Shown piece after piece: positions 1 through 10,356 of a stretch of 64,000 nt of DNA. Source of the DNA: Schizochytrium sp. TIO01 (Eukaryota > Protista > Bigyra: Labyrinthulomycetes); assembly GCA_004764695.1 (NCBI GenBank), contig SMSO01000031.1, positions 1,774,436 to 1,838,435 of the forward strand, read 5' to 3'. The number at the start of each line of letters is the position of its first letter. The first letter of the stretch is position 1. The notes below the pieces were generated by a model that saw only the letters and a list, made by a program, of their open reading frames with translations, made no database searches and had not been told where the DNA came from. The translations under genes and the position numbers were made by a program.

Positions 1-775
1 GCATGAAGGGCATTGCATTCTGCCTCGACCCGGATGGCTACTCCATCGAGCTTGTGCCTGCAGATCAGCAGTACGAGCCCGAGCGCTTCACGTTTAGCCA
101 AACGATGATTCGTGTCAAGGATGCTGAGAAGTCTGTGGCATTTTACCGTGACCTCTTTGGTATGGAGCTCGTGCGTGAGTCGCACTACGACAAGGAAAAG
201 GGCGACTTTTCCCTTTTCTTCCTGGCTAGTCCTTCCCCAGAGCTTGAAAAGCTCAAGGAGCAAGACCCAGAAACCGTCACTAAGACTAGCTGGGATCCCT
301 GTCTCGAGCTCACATGGAACCATGGCACCGAGGGGGAACCTGGTCCGGTCTACCACAATGGCAACGACACTGACTTCAATGGCACCTTTGCCCCTAAGGG
401 CTTTGGTCACACTGCATTCCTGTAAGTTTACTTTCTAACAATGCATTCCTCTGACTGTTGGTCAGCGGCTTGATCTTTGTGAGTGTCATTTATTGGTTGT
501 ACATGTTTGGGTTTTACTTTATAAACTCATCGAACTAACAGCTGATTATGGTGATGCTGGTTATTTGCCTAACTGTCTGTATATATCTTGATTATGACCA
601 CAGTGTTGATGATATTGACAAGTTCTGTGACATTCTTGAAAAGCTGGATGTTCCTTTCGTTAAAAAGCCCAATGGTGGTGCTCTGAAGAAGATCGCTTTT
701 GTCAAGGATCCGACTGGGTACTGGGTGGAGATTGTACAACGTGCTATTCCGGGTAAGATCCTCGGCGTGCACTAA
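1..775 (+). CDS. GLO1: Glyoxalase I (lactoylglutathione lyase), two-domain type; 5' end outside window. Exons <1..421 and 604..775, intron 422..603
   Basis: Motifs IAFCLDPDGYSIEL, QTMIRVKDAEKS, LELTWNHGTE, YHNGN and GFGHTAF. Splicing CT|GTAAGT (422) to CAG|T (603) restores GFGHTAFLVDDID...IAFVKDPTGYWVEI. CTAAC branch candidate at 569-573. Confidence 0.93.
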
Positions 776-1489
776 GTACAACCGTCTCTCCTTGAAAATA
801 TCTTGTTCACCTCTTCTCTCAGCATGAGAGAAATCAAGCAGGCCTCTTGGTCTGTGAATTTTTAGTGTTTTCAAAACCACTCAGTACGCCCTTTTTGGGG
901 GGGGAGGGATATCCTACTGCTTAACCCAGAAAAATAACGACTGAGCTACGCACAATATTCACTGGCGTCCTGTTCTTCACCTACAATCTTAATTTTGCTA
1001 AGAGATCCATTTGCATAGCATTTTGTAGACTTGGAAAAACATCTATATAAATTACAATATAATTTTTCCTACTGCACTATCAAATAAATCTCCTGATGCG
1101 TTGAATATATTTCCATCTTATGGCTCCACACACAATCAATAAAAATGATTGTGCAATATATATTGGATTCACTTTTACCTGTAGTGTTGCAAACATTCAA
1201 AGTTGCACAAAGTACTAAATTGAATTGATTGGGATTGAGATGACTCAATAATAGCCCTTACTACGACGACGGTTGTTTTGCCAGCAATTCTTTTTCTCTT
1301 TCCTTTTTTCTGTTTTTTTGCCATCCATAACCTCTTTCAACAGACAGCAGGCCGGCACCACGGCGCGAGCATGCGCGCACGCAGGCCTGCAGGCACGCGA
1401 GCAACGAGCTGCACGCGCCGAGGCAGGTCGCGTGGCACGTATCAGCTCTGCTCGTGCAGGTGCTGTTAGTTCGTGAGAGAGAGAGCGCA

Positions 1490-3478
1490 ATGGAGGATGT
1501 TGGCGAAGATGTAGTGTCGTCTTACTCAGCAGCGTTCATGCGTCGCAGGCATAACAGCGCACCACGGTTCGACCCAGGAATGAGAACAGGCTCCTTTGAC
1601 GGGACAGGGGCTTTGTCAAGTTCTTTCCCGGCCACGCCCTCCGCAAGGCGCCCTGGCATAGCGACAGGCTCTAAACAAAACGTCAAAGCTGGTAGTGATC
1701 TCGACAGCATCAACGATATTGATGAAAGAGGAGACGTCCATAGCAGAATCAACGATGAGAATACTCGTGTAAGCATCCAAAATGGCGTGAGCAATAATGG
1801 CTCAAGAAAATTACAACTCATCCGACGCCGGAAACGAGATCCAATAGCATCAGGAAATATCACATCAGCAGCATCAACAAATGCTAAATCATCGCGAAGG
1901 CAGACACAACCTCGGGGAGGCATTGGGGCAGGATCAAAATCATCAAACTTGGAAGGCCGTATTGGACCTGAACATATAAAGACATCAGAGTTAGGAGGCT
2001 CGAGAAGATTATCAGTTGCATCAGCTGGAGCACCGATGCGCTCTGTATACCCTTCACCCACCAAGAAACACCAAAGTGCAGCTCATCAACATGGTGAACT
2101 TGCAAGCAGACCAACTTCTGCATTTCAAAGAAATGTGGTGTCAAGGAATCGCCCCATTTCACCACCACCGCCCCCACCACCTCCACTACCGCATCACGAT
2201 TTAGACCACCGCAACAGTACAATCCGAAACTTATCATCCAATAATCATAACGTGGAAGGAGGACGCCGCCCTGCTACGACTTCATCATTTAGGGCGCAGC
2301 GAATGCATGGACCAAGTTATGGAGAAGTGCGTCCAGTGTCTTCAGCTGGTTTGCAACGAAGAGTCCAAGCAACACGACCAAGATCTGCTTCAGCAAGCCA
2401 CGCGGTCCCAACTCCACTTTCAGCGCAGGCGAATCCGTCTTTTGCACTTGGAGCAAAACAGTTGGATTTACAACAACCTCACAGTACAATACAGACATCG
2501 CCCATGGCTCGCATGGCTACAGCCTCGTCAGCAGCAAGTGTTCAGTCTAACCTAGGCGTAGGGAACAATTACGCCCGAAATATCGCTTCACGTGCGAGCG
2601 AACATCGGCAAGTGACTCGAGAGCGCGGGGAAGGCGTTCTCTCGAAACGAATTCGAGATCTTGAGGAAAATTTACGAAAACATCGTGAAAATGAACACAA
2701 ACTTCAGGACGTCAACCGCAGACTTCAGGAGCGCCTCGTTCTATTCCAAAGACAAAATGCAGAAAATGTTCGTATTGCAAAAGAGCGCATCACAGAACTT
2801 CAGATGCAGGTACATCAAGCACAGCACTCTATCCAGGGCCAAGCTATGTTGTCATCTCCGACATCCCAAAGTTCTCCCAATTACCGGAAGCTGTCCCCAC
2901 AAGCGAATCTTGACGAGTCTGAAGACACAGCTTGGGTAGAGCGCCTACGAGCTGCTCGACAAATTTTCCGCCAACGCTGCTGCATTAAAAGGCGCCGCGA
3001 GCTTGCAATTAGAGTCTTTCGTGCGTGGGCTGGCGCAGTCATATTAAGGAAGATATGTGATTGTGCCCGCTTCCGGAAATCTCAAATGCTCGCACGGAAA
3101 TGTTTCGCCTCTTGGGCCTCAGCAACGGTACTTGAACAAAACGAACGTCAACAACGCGCCCAAGCTCGATCGTTTCATTTGGATAAATTACGATTGCGAC
3201 GGTGCTTCCAGGCATGGTCGTATGCAGCTAGTTGTCGGAGGCAACGTAGGGTGATGGTCGAAGGGCGTCTCTGCTGGCGGAGCTTTCAGGCTTGGCGAGA
3301 GCTGGTGCAAAACATCCGGGAGCGTCGCTTACGCAACTTTTTCCAAAAATGGGTTCTTGTGTATATGCGAAGTTTGCGAAGTCGACTTCGAGCGTATGCT
3401 GTTCGAGACGCTGTTTCACATCTGACTCACACGCCTCAAGCTAATATGTACTATGGGCTTAGTGACAATGAGTACTAA
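1490..3478 (+). CDS. Low-complexity/coiled-coil protein with C-terminal Sfi1-like (centrin-binding) repeats
   Basis: ATG at 1490. S/R/P-rich N-terminus, coiled coil (RIRDLEENLRKH...ITELQMQV), then repeated FxxW motifs: RVFRAW, RKCFASW, RRCFQAW, RSFQAWR, RNFFQKW. Confidence 0.7.
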   Translation: MEDVGEDVVSSYSAAFMRRRHNSAPRFDPGMRTGSFDGTGALSSSFPATPSARRPGIATGSKQNVKAGSDLDSINDIDERGDVHSRINDENTRVSIQNGVSNNGSRKLQLIRRRKRDPIASGNITSAASTNAKSSRRQTQPRGGIGAGSKSSNLEGRIGPEHIKTSELGGSRRLSVASAGAPMRSVYPSPTKKHQSAAHQHGELASRPTSAFQRNVVSRNRPISPPPPPPPPLPHHDLDHRNSTIRNLSSNNHNVEGGRRPATTSSFRAQRMHGPSYGEVRPVSSAGLQRRVQATRPRSASASHAVPTPLSAQANPSFALGAKQLDLQQPHSTIQTSPMARMATASSAASVQSNLGVGNNYARNIASRASEHRQVTRERGEGVLSKRIRDLEENLRKHRENEHKLQDVNRRLQERLVLFQRQNAENVRIAKERITELQMQVHQAQHSIQGQAMLSSPTSQSSPNYRKLSPQANLDESEDTAWVERLRAARQIFRQRCCIKRRRELAIRVFRAWAGAVILRKICDCARFRKSQMLARKCFASWASATVLEQNERQQRAQARSFHLDKLRLRRCFQAWSYAASCRRQRRVMVEGRLCWRSFQAWRELVQNIRERRLRNFFQKWVLVYMRSLRSRLRAYAVRDAVSHLTHTPQANMYYGLSDNEY

Positions 3479-4375
3479 GTCAGATTGGCAGGTGAGAATG
3501 GCAGTCCCTTGAATTTGATGGAATGCAAAGTTCTCTAGATTAGCTTTGAGGGCCACCAATACGAATGCATCGTTATATATTTATTTAAGTTCCCACACAG
3601 CCAGGCAAGTTTTCAATATCAAAACAGGGAGGAGGGGGTTGTTTCACCCATGGCACACAGTCAAAGGACTCTAGACAGGGTCGACAATTCCTGATGAGTA
3701 TAAAACAATACCCATTCCTTCGATTTCCTTCTAGAGCAGACTACCAACTCGATTTGATTATTAGCATAGTTTCTTGACTAAGTTAGCTTTACTAGGTACT
3801 ACCACACAAACTTTAAAAGATCACACGCGCTCCAAAGCTAGAAAAGGAAAAGGTAATCCAAAAAAACACACAGATTTGTCGTCTTGAAACTGCCCCCTCA
3901 AAACAAAGTTGTTGGGGTCTTTTCTTTTCTTTTCTTTTTTTAAGAACAATAGAGATCCGCGGAAGACACAGAAACACACATTACACACATTAAAGAGTAA
4001 TATGGAAAGGACAACTTTTAAAAAAGTTTTGCAACCATTTGCATGCTGATGTTGTACAACACTAATGCTGGTTTTTTGCGCCGGATAGTGCGACAGAGCG
4101 AGCACTTGGAAAAGAAAAAGAAAGGGTAAGGGCATAACCAGATAGAAGCATACTTTCCTTGTCATGCAAGATTGTAGCGACCAAGCGACAGGGTTTTATT
4201 CTTTCTTGAAATAACATCCTTTCGGTTTGGGTGCTCTCTCTTTTCAATTAAACTTGAGCGGCTTTTTGTGTTTATTCTGTCATTTTCTTCCTCTTCCTTA
4301 AATTGCAAATTTGGCTATACACGCTCCTTTTCCTCTCAAGTTTCGATAACAGGGTTCTGTGAAGTGGCTGACATC

Positions 4376-6598
4376 TTAGCGAGCAGCATCAGCCATAGAT
4401 TTAACCCAGCGCTTGTAGTCCTCGAGGTCACCTTGGAAGCGAATCAAACGCTTGTCCTTTACAACCCAAATCTCTTCGGCCACAGTCTCAATAAGAAACT
4501 GGTCATGACTGACGAGGACAATGCCACCCTCAAAAGTGTTGATTGCCATGCACAAAGCAGCAACTGTCTCAAGATCAAGATGGTTAGAAGGCTCATCCAT
4601 AATGATAACATGCGGCTTGTTGTACGTAATTTTAGCAAAAGCAACACGGGACTTTTGTCCTCCAGACATAGTGCCAATACGCTGGGTAGCCAGGTCAGAG
4701 GGAATACCATACTGAGCCAAGTGAGGACGCATGTCGTCCGGCTTGGTACCGGGGAAGGTTGCCAACATGTACTCGAGCGGGCTCAACTTGGTATCGAGCT
4801 GGTCCACATGGTGCTGTGTGAAAAAGGCAAATCGAGCCTTCGGGTCACGCTGGACATAACCACTGATGGGATCAAGATCACCAAGCATCGTCTTGATCAG
4901 AGTACTCTTACCACAACCGTTCTCTCCGAGAATAACAATACGAGAGCTCGTAAATACACTAAAGTCCACATGCTCAAAGAGCAGCTGCTGGTTGCCGTCA
5001 GCATCCTTCTTGCCAGGGTAACCAAAACCAACATCCTGTACCTCGATAACCTTATTGAGATCACCGACCGGGGTAGGGAAGCTGAATTGAAACTCAGGGT
5101 CATCAAGTACTTCTTCAACCAGGGTCATGCGGTTCAAAGCCTTGATACGAGACTGTGCCAAGGAAGCACGCTTGGCATTGTAACGGAACTTGTCCACAAA
5201 CTTTTGCATGTGGGCGCGCTTCGCCTGTTGAGACTCGAATTCACGCTGCTGCTGAAGGCGCTGATTCTCACGGGTCTGCTCGTACACGTCAATATCGCCC
5301 TTGTAGTACTTGAGCTTCTGTTGTTCAAGGTGAATCACATCTGTAATGACGTGGTTGGTGAACTTGCGATCGTGCGAAACCAGGATCAAAGTCTTCGGGT
5401 AAGTACTGAGGTACTGCTCAAGCCAAATTACACTGAGAATATCCAAATGGTTAGTTGGCTCGTCCAACAAGAGGATGTCTGGGCTCAGGAAGAGTGCGGT
5501 AGCCAATGCCACACGCATGCGCCAACCTCCTGAAAGTGAGTTCGTGGGTGCCTCCTGCATGTCCTCTGAGAATCCGAGACCACCAAGGATAGCCCGTGCC
5601 TCTGACTCTGCAGATTCAGCGCCAATGGCAGTGAGCTGGTCAACCACCTTGCGCAACTCAGAGCTCACAGAGCTCATTTCTTCTGGAGAGATCTTTTCAT
5701 TCTCGAGCTTTGCCATGAGGTTCTTCTCCTTCTCCAACAAAGCCTCGCGTTCTTTATCTGCCCTCAGCAGTACCTCGACAACCGGGGTGCCATCGGCCAC
5801 AACCTCCTGCTCCACATGCACAACTCTAAGGTAGTCTGGAAATCCCTCGAGTTGCCTTCTCGAAATATGGCGCAACAAAGTAGACTTTCCAACTCCGTTC
5901 CGTCCAATGAGTCCATACCTGTGTCCTTGGACAATCTTGAGCGTTGCGTCCTCCAGCAGTGATTTGCCACCTCCGACGGAAATATTAACGTTCTCAATAT
6001 TCACGTCACTAGACTTGTTCCGGAGGTTCACTGTCATCTTTCCTGTCGCTGCGGGCATGTCATACTCGGACTCCAACGACTGCTGAAACTGCTGCTCCTC
6101 ACGCAGCGCTTTGGCCTCCTCCTTCTTGCGCTCCTTCTCGGCCTTCTTTTGCATCTTCTCAAGGCTCTTTTTGCTGTTCAAGGCATCGCTGATGCTGTCC
6201 ACCATGCTGTTAGTCATGGGCTTGTTGGTCACTGTTTTCAGACCCCACGTATCGTCATCATGCTCACCAACATCACCAGCAGTGTTACTCATTTGCATGG
6301 GTAGCTTGAGCTTGTTGCTGGCAGACTTGGCAGCTTCGAAGACGACAGCCTTCTCGCTAAGAAGTTGCGAGGCAAGCTTATCCGCGAGAGCGGCGGCTTC
6401 GTCATCAGAGTCTGCGGCGCCATAGGACTCAAGAAAAGGCGCGAGGAGCTCCACGAGGCCAGCGCCGTCGGAGCCGGGATCTTCACATTCAGAAACCATG
6501 CCACTCAAGTACTCGAGGATTTCATCGTCAAGCTTGCCGTCAAGCTCGCGGGAGAGGATGGATGCCACCTTTGAGCTGTCTACAGTGAAAGATGCCAT
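4376..6598 (-). CDS. ABCF3: ABC-F family ATPase (ABCF3/GCN20-like)
   Basis: Two nucleotide-binding domains (GRNGVGKST / LSGGW / LLLDEPTNHLD and GENGCGKST / MSGGQ / IIMDEPSNHLD). Linker FVDKFRYNAKRASLAQSRIKAL; no transmembrane domain. Probable ATG at 6598. Confidence 0.92.
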   Translation of the reverse strand: MASFTVDSSKVASILSRELDGKLDDEILEYLSGMVSECEDPGSDGAGLVELLAPFLESYGAADSDDEAAALADKLASQLLSEKAVVFEAAKSASNKLKLPMQMSNTAGDVGEHDDDTWGLKTVTNKPMTNSMVDSISDALNSKKSLEKMQKKAEKERKKEEAKALREEQQFQQSLESEYDMPAATGKMTVNLRNKSSDVNIENVNISVGGGKSLLEDATLKIVQGHRYGLIGRNGVGKSTLLRHISRRQLEGFPDYLRVVHVEQEVVADGTPVVEVLLRADKEREALLEKEKNLMAKLENEKISPEEMSSVSSELRKVVDQLTAIGAESAESEARAILGGLGFSEDMQEAPTNSLSGGWRMRVALATALFLSPDILLLDEPTNHLDILSVIWLEQYLSTYPKTLILVSHDRKFTNHVITDVIHLEQQKLKYYKGDIDVYEQTRENQRLQQQREFESQQAKRAHMQKFVDKFRYNAKRASLAQSRIKALNRMTLVEEVLDDPEFQFSFPTPVGDLNKVIEVQDVGFGYPGKKDADGNQQLLFEHVDFSVFTSSRIVILGENGCGKSTLIKTMLGDLDPISGYVQRDPKARFAFFTQHHVDQLDTKLSPLEYMLATFPGTKPDDMRPHLAQYGIPSDLATQRIGTMSGGQKSRVAFAKITYNKPHVIIMDEPSNHLDLETVAALCMAINTFEGGIVLVSHDQFLIETVAEEIWVVKDKRLIRFQGDLEDYKRWVKSMADAAR

Positions 6599-7562
6599 CG
6601 TAGAAAAGGGGTAATGAGCAGATGTAGGCCGCACAGCCAATTGCCCAAACTTGACCTACAGAAGGCGCAACCGAGGATTCGGTGGACGCCAAAGGGAGGA
6701 GTGCGCACTAGCACAAGGCTCGTGTCAGGTTCACGCACCGCTCTGCAGGACTATCTGCCTGCCGTGCGTCTGCCAGGTTTAGGTTTGCCGCAGCAGAAGC
6801 ACCAGAGATCAAGAGCAAACAGCTTGGCCAGCCACTTTGTCGCGACCACTAGGAGTACTCTTAATGAGATGGATAGTGCTGTTTGCAGAACACTAAATAA
6901 GTAAAATCCTGAAAGAATAGTAAAATGGAAATTGTTCTCGAGGGAGATCCAGACGATATGGGCATGCAAGTTACTTGACATTTATTACACAAATGACGAG
7001 GATGATTGTTAGACAGACTGCATCTTGATGTTGATGTTCATTTTGGAGATCCAATCAAAAGCTCTTCCCAAGTTCATCTCTGCACAGGATTCGAAAGAGC
7101 AGAACTACATGAGAACGTATGCGGTACTTAAGAGGAAAGTTACAGTGACGATGGCATTTGTGTGCATGGCTTTGGTGCTTTGCTTTTTCAAGTTGTACTA
7201 CTTGCAGAAGGACGCCTTTGTTCGCGAAAAAATAAAAAATAAAAAATTGTCGAGATGTGGACTACAACAATTTTGGTTAGGAAAATATAAATATATTGAT
7301 GCTGCAAACTCTGACAGATCTAGTATCGAATACTTAAACAAGATGAGTTTATATTGTAGAGACTGCGGCTACGCAAATATTTGTCAGGCAGAAGTTGATG
7401 TTCAATATATCAATCTGGAGGATTGATGTAAAATTGCATTTATAATCAAGATCTCCAGTGCTAGTTTGTAAATAGCAAGCAAGACCAATGAGTTGGTAGC
7501 CACGCACTTTGTGCGAGCGAATAGGTAATCGTCAAAATGAATTATGGTGAGTGCAATAATGT

Positions 7563-8861
7563 TCAAGGCCCTGAGAGACGTAGGGCTTGCGAGAGGCGCT
7601 GCGAGACTCGCCTGGCGAGAGAAGATCGAGGACTTGAGCCATCTTTCAATGTCTCGAGCACCTTGGCAGTGTCAGATGATTCAACCCCCATATCTTCTAA
7701 CGACGATTCTGTAAGACTTCCGCAACTGCTTTGTGTGGTGATTCCAGCATCGTAGAAAGCGACAACAACATCGCGGGAAAGCCCAAGCTTGCCGAGAAGG
7801 ATCTGGGAAAGCTCGCTGGAGGTGAAGGTGAGGAAACCGGCAGCAGTGGTCATTTGAGAAGCCTCTGCAAGAGAAAGTGCAGTTTGACCTTCAGAGTTTT
7901 CCAAGTCAGTCTGAGCTCCAGCAGCCCACAGTTGCTTTATGCCACCTAAAAGAAGATCTTCAGATCTCTCTGAGCTGGTAACCTGGCTGCTGCTACACAG
8001 GTAAATGAGGGCTGTGTTCTGTGAGTCATCCTGGGCATCGATCTCAGCACCTTCTTGCAAAAGCAACTTTACCATGTCCAATTTGTAGTCGAACGTGAAG
8101 CAAGATTGGATGAGGGCTGTCTTTCCGTCAGGTCCAACAGCGTTAATGTCAGAACCAGAGTCCAAAAGGAGTTGTGCAATTTCAAGATCGCCCTGGAGAC
8201 AAGCCCATGCCAAAGGGAACTCGAAAGAGAAGCCAGGAAGATTTACATCTGCGCCATTTTCTATTAGCAATTCCATTGTGGCAGGCGGGGCTCTCAGCGT
8301 GATAGCATAGGTAAGAGGTGTGTAGCCATCTTGAAATACTTCGCTCTTGGCATTCACATCGGCACCATGCTCAATGAGCAATTTCGCTGTGTCAAGACTT
8401 GCCATTTCACAAGCAAACATCAAAGGCGTCCAGCCTAGCTCCACGCCGGTAGTGTTTACATTGGCTCCGTGTTCAATGAGCGACTTTGCAATCTCGGGTT
8501 GGTCCAATTGACATGCATGCATCAGGGCTGGGAAGCCGAAAATTGCATCTTTCACGTCTAAGCTTGCACCATGTTCAATCAAGAGCTTTGCAGAGTCCAC
8601 CTGTCTGTTTTGAGAAGCGAAGATGAGAGCGGTGTTTCCGTAGACATCTTGCGCATCAAGATTGGCACCTTGCTCGATCAACCAGGCTGCGATTTCTGGC
8701 TGCCCCCCCGAGTCTGGGTGGCATGCATACATCAACAGTGTAAAGCCATCACCCCGAATGGGCTGCGTCAAAAGATCTGGGTTTGCCTCCACCTCGGTCT
8801 TCAGGTCGTCAAGGTTGCCAGCTGTTACAAGCGCCAAGATATTGACATTTGTCGTAGACAT
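7563..8861 (-). CDS. Ankyrin-repeat protein with C-terminal SAM-like domain
   Basis: About 9 ANK repeats (G-x-T-A/P-L-x-x-A...LLIEHGADVN). C-terminal LLGKLGLS...FYDAGIT...LTESSLEDMGV...KVLETLK fits the SAM pattern. Confidence 0.85.
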   Translation of the reverse strand: MSTTNVNILALVTAGNLDDLKTEVEANPDLLTQPIRGDGFTLLMYACHPDSGGQPEIAAWLIEQGANLDAQDVYGNTALIFASQNRQVDSAKLLIEHGASLDVKDAIFGFPALMHACQLDQPEIAKSLIEHGANVNTTGVELGWTPLMFACEMASLDTAKLLIEHGADVNAKSEVFQDGYTPLTYAITLRAPPATMELLIENGADVNLPGFSFEFPLAWACLQGDLEIAQLLLDSGSDINAVGPDGKTALIQSCFTFDYKLDMVKLLLQEGAEIDAQDDSQNTALIYLCSSSQVTSSERSEDLLLGGIKQLWAAGAQTDLENSEGQTALSLAEASQMTTAAGFLTFTSSELSQILLGKLGLSRDVVVAFYDAGITTQSSCGSLTESSLEDMGVESSDTAKVLETLKDGSSPRSSLARRVSQRLSQALRLSGP

Positions 8862-9082
8862 TGTTCTTGCTTATATATAGACTTTCCGCTTCTAGCTCTG
8901 CCTCGCGACAACTGCAGCTGGTACACACTCCAGGTCTCGGTGCTTCAGTGCAGCTCCACGCCACGCAATGTACAGTCTACTGCAATTCGTCGTGAGGGTC
9001 ACAGCACCGCTCTGCCAGCGTGAACTGCAAGTCTTGCAAACTCCCTGAGCTACCCGGATGAGTTTCGGGTTTGCTTCAAGGT

Positions 9083-9131
9083 GTTTGTTTGTTTGTTTGT
9101 TTGTTTGCTTGCTTGCTTGCTTGCTTGTTTG
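9083..9131. repeat. Compound microsatellite (GTTT)n(GCTT)n
   Basis: Directly visible; lies upstream of the ankyrin gene. Confidence 0.9.
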
Positions 9132-10356
9132 CCCAACTCCTCACAGCGACTTGCTGCTCTGCACGTGCTGCCTAGTTCTACCTGGTCCACCTAATGTCCG
9201 CGACTAAGAAGGACAGTAGGTAGTAGCACCTCACTCCCTGGAAGTCGAAGAGGACTTCGCTGGCTGCCTGGCCCCTTACGAAAGCACCCTCTGCAGCCGC
9301 CATTGCGGTGTAATCTGCTGGAGCAGCTGGCTAGACCGCAGCGTACGAACCTAGGTGGCCAGGTATGTATATTGTCGCACTTACGACAGACGCACTCTCG
9401 CGTGTGAAATCCTCGAGAGCCACTACGACCACCACCACGTGCTTGCTGTTTCAGAAGGACTCAGGAATCAGGATCGGGGTCTCGCGTTCTGGTAGACAGA
9501 GATCTTCTTCTCCAGCAGCTGCTCACCGTTTGTAATGGCACCGAGGTAGTAGTGACCAAAGAAGCCGAGGACGGCCTCCTCTAGCTAGCTAGACATGCAA
9601 GAACTCAAACCTGAAAGCAGAAACCCAGGTTTGTTTCGAGTGCATAAAATGCTACCCAGGCGTAGCGGAGCAGAGGAAATGTGCTCTTGCCCAGAGACGA
9701 ATTGGTGTGAAGTCCTTTCGTCGCTCAATTGTGTGTTAGCTTTGTGTGATGAGATTTATGAGATCTGAAGTACCTCGTACCTAGTAATAGATACTACAGA
9801 GAGGAGCGATTTTTGTAATTCAAGTCAAATGTACCAGCGCGAGAGGTACTATTTAAATTGAACTCGAGTCAGATCTTGGGTCTGTAATGGCCTGGAAGTA
9901 TTTGGGGAATTAGTTTAGGGTCTTTAAAGTATTTGGCAGAGTAAGGGTTTTAGCTCATCTCGAGAATGTTCCCTCGCTCGACAATTCACCATTTTTGGTT
10001 TTACTATTTAAAAATAGAATTTTGTTTAATAATCTTAAAAAAGAAAAAAAGAAAAAATATATAGGGGGATTTAAAAAACTCAAAATTCAACTACTAGTAG
10101 TCCCTGCATATGATGATATATATATATTTTTTTTTAATTTTTTTTTAAAGAATAATATTTTATGTTGTTTACTCCTAGGCAGGGGTAGGTACTCAGTAGG
10201 GAGTGTTGAAGATGCGAATACCATGGTTACAATGAATCTGCTTGCCATGCTACGATGGTGCTTGAGTAATAGATTATTTGGTGTCCATTGAAGGGACTCT
10301 CTGGCATTGACGTAATTCGACTTAAACTGCTGAGAGGATTAGAGAGGAAGTCAATT

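Noticed and set aside
3685-3720. CTGATGAG followed by a short stem, as a possible hammerhead ribozyme (also at 54204)
   Set aside because: No GAAA core after stem II and no stems I/III.
7025-7426. 133-aa ORF between ABCF3 and the ankyrin gene
   Set aside because: AT-rich, non-ATG start, no recognisable domain; cannot be supported.
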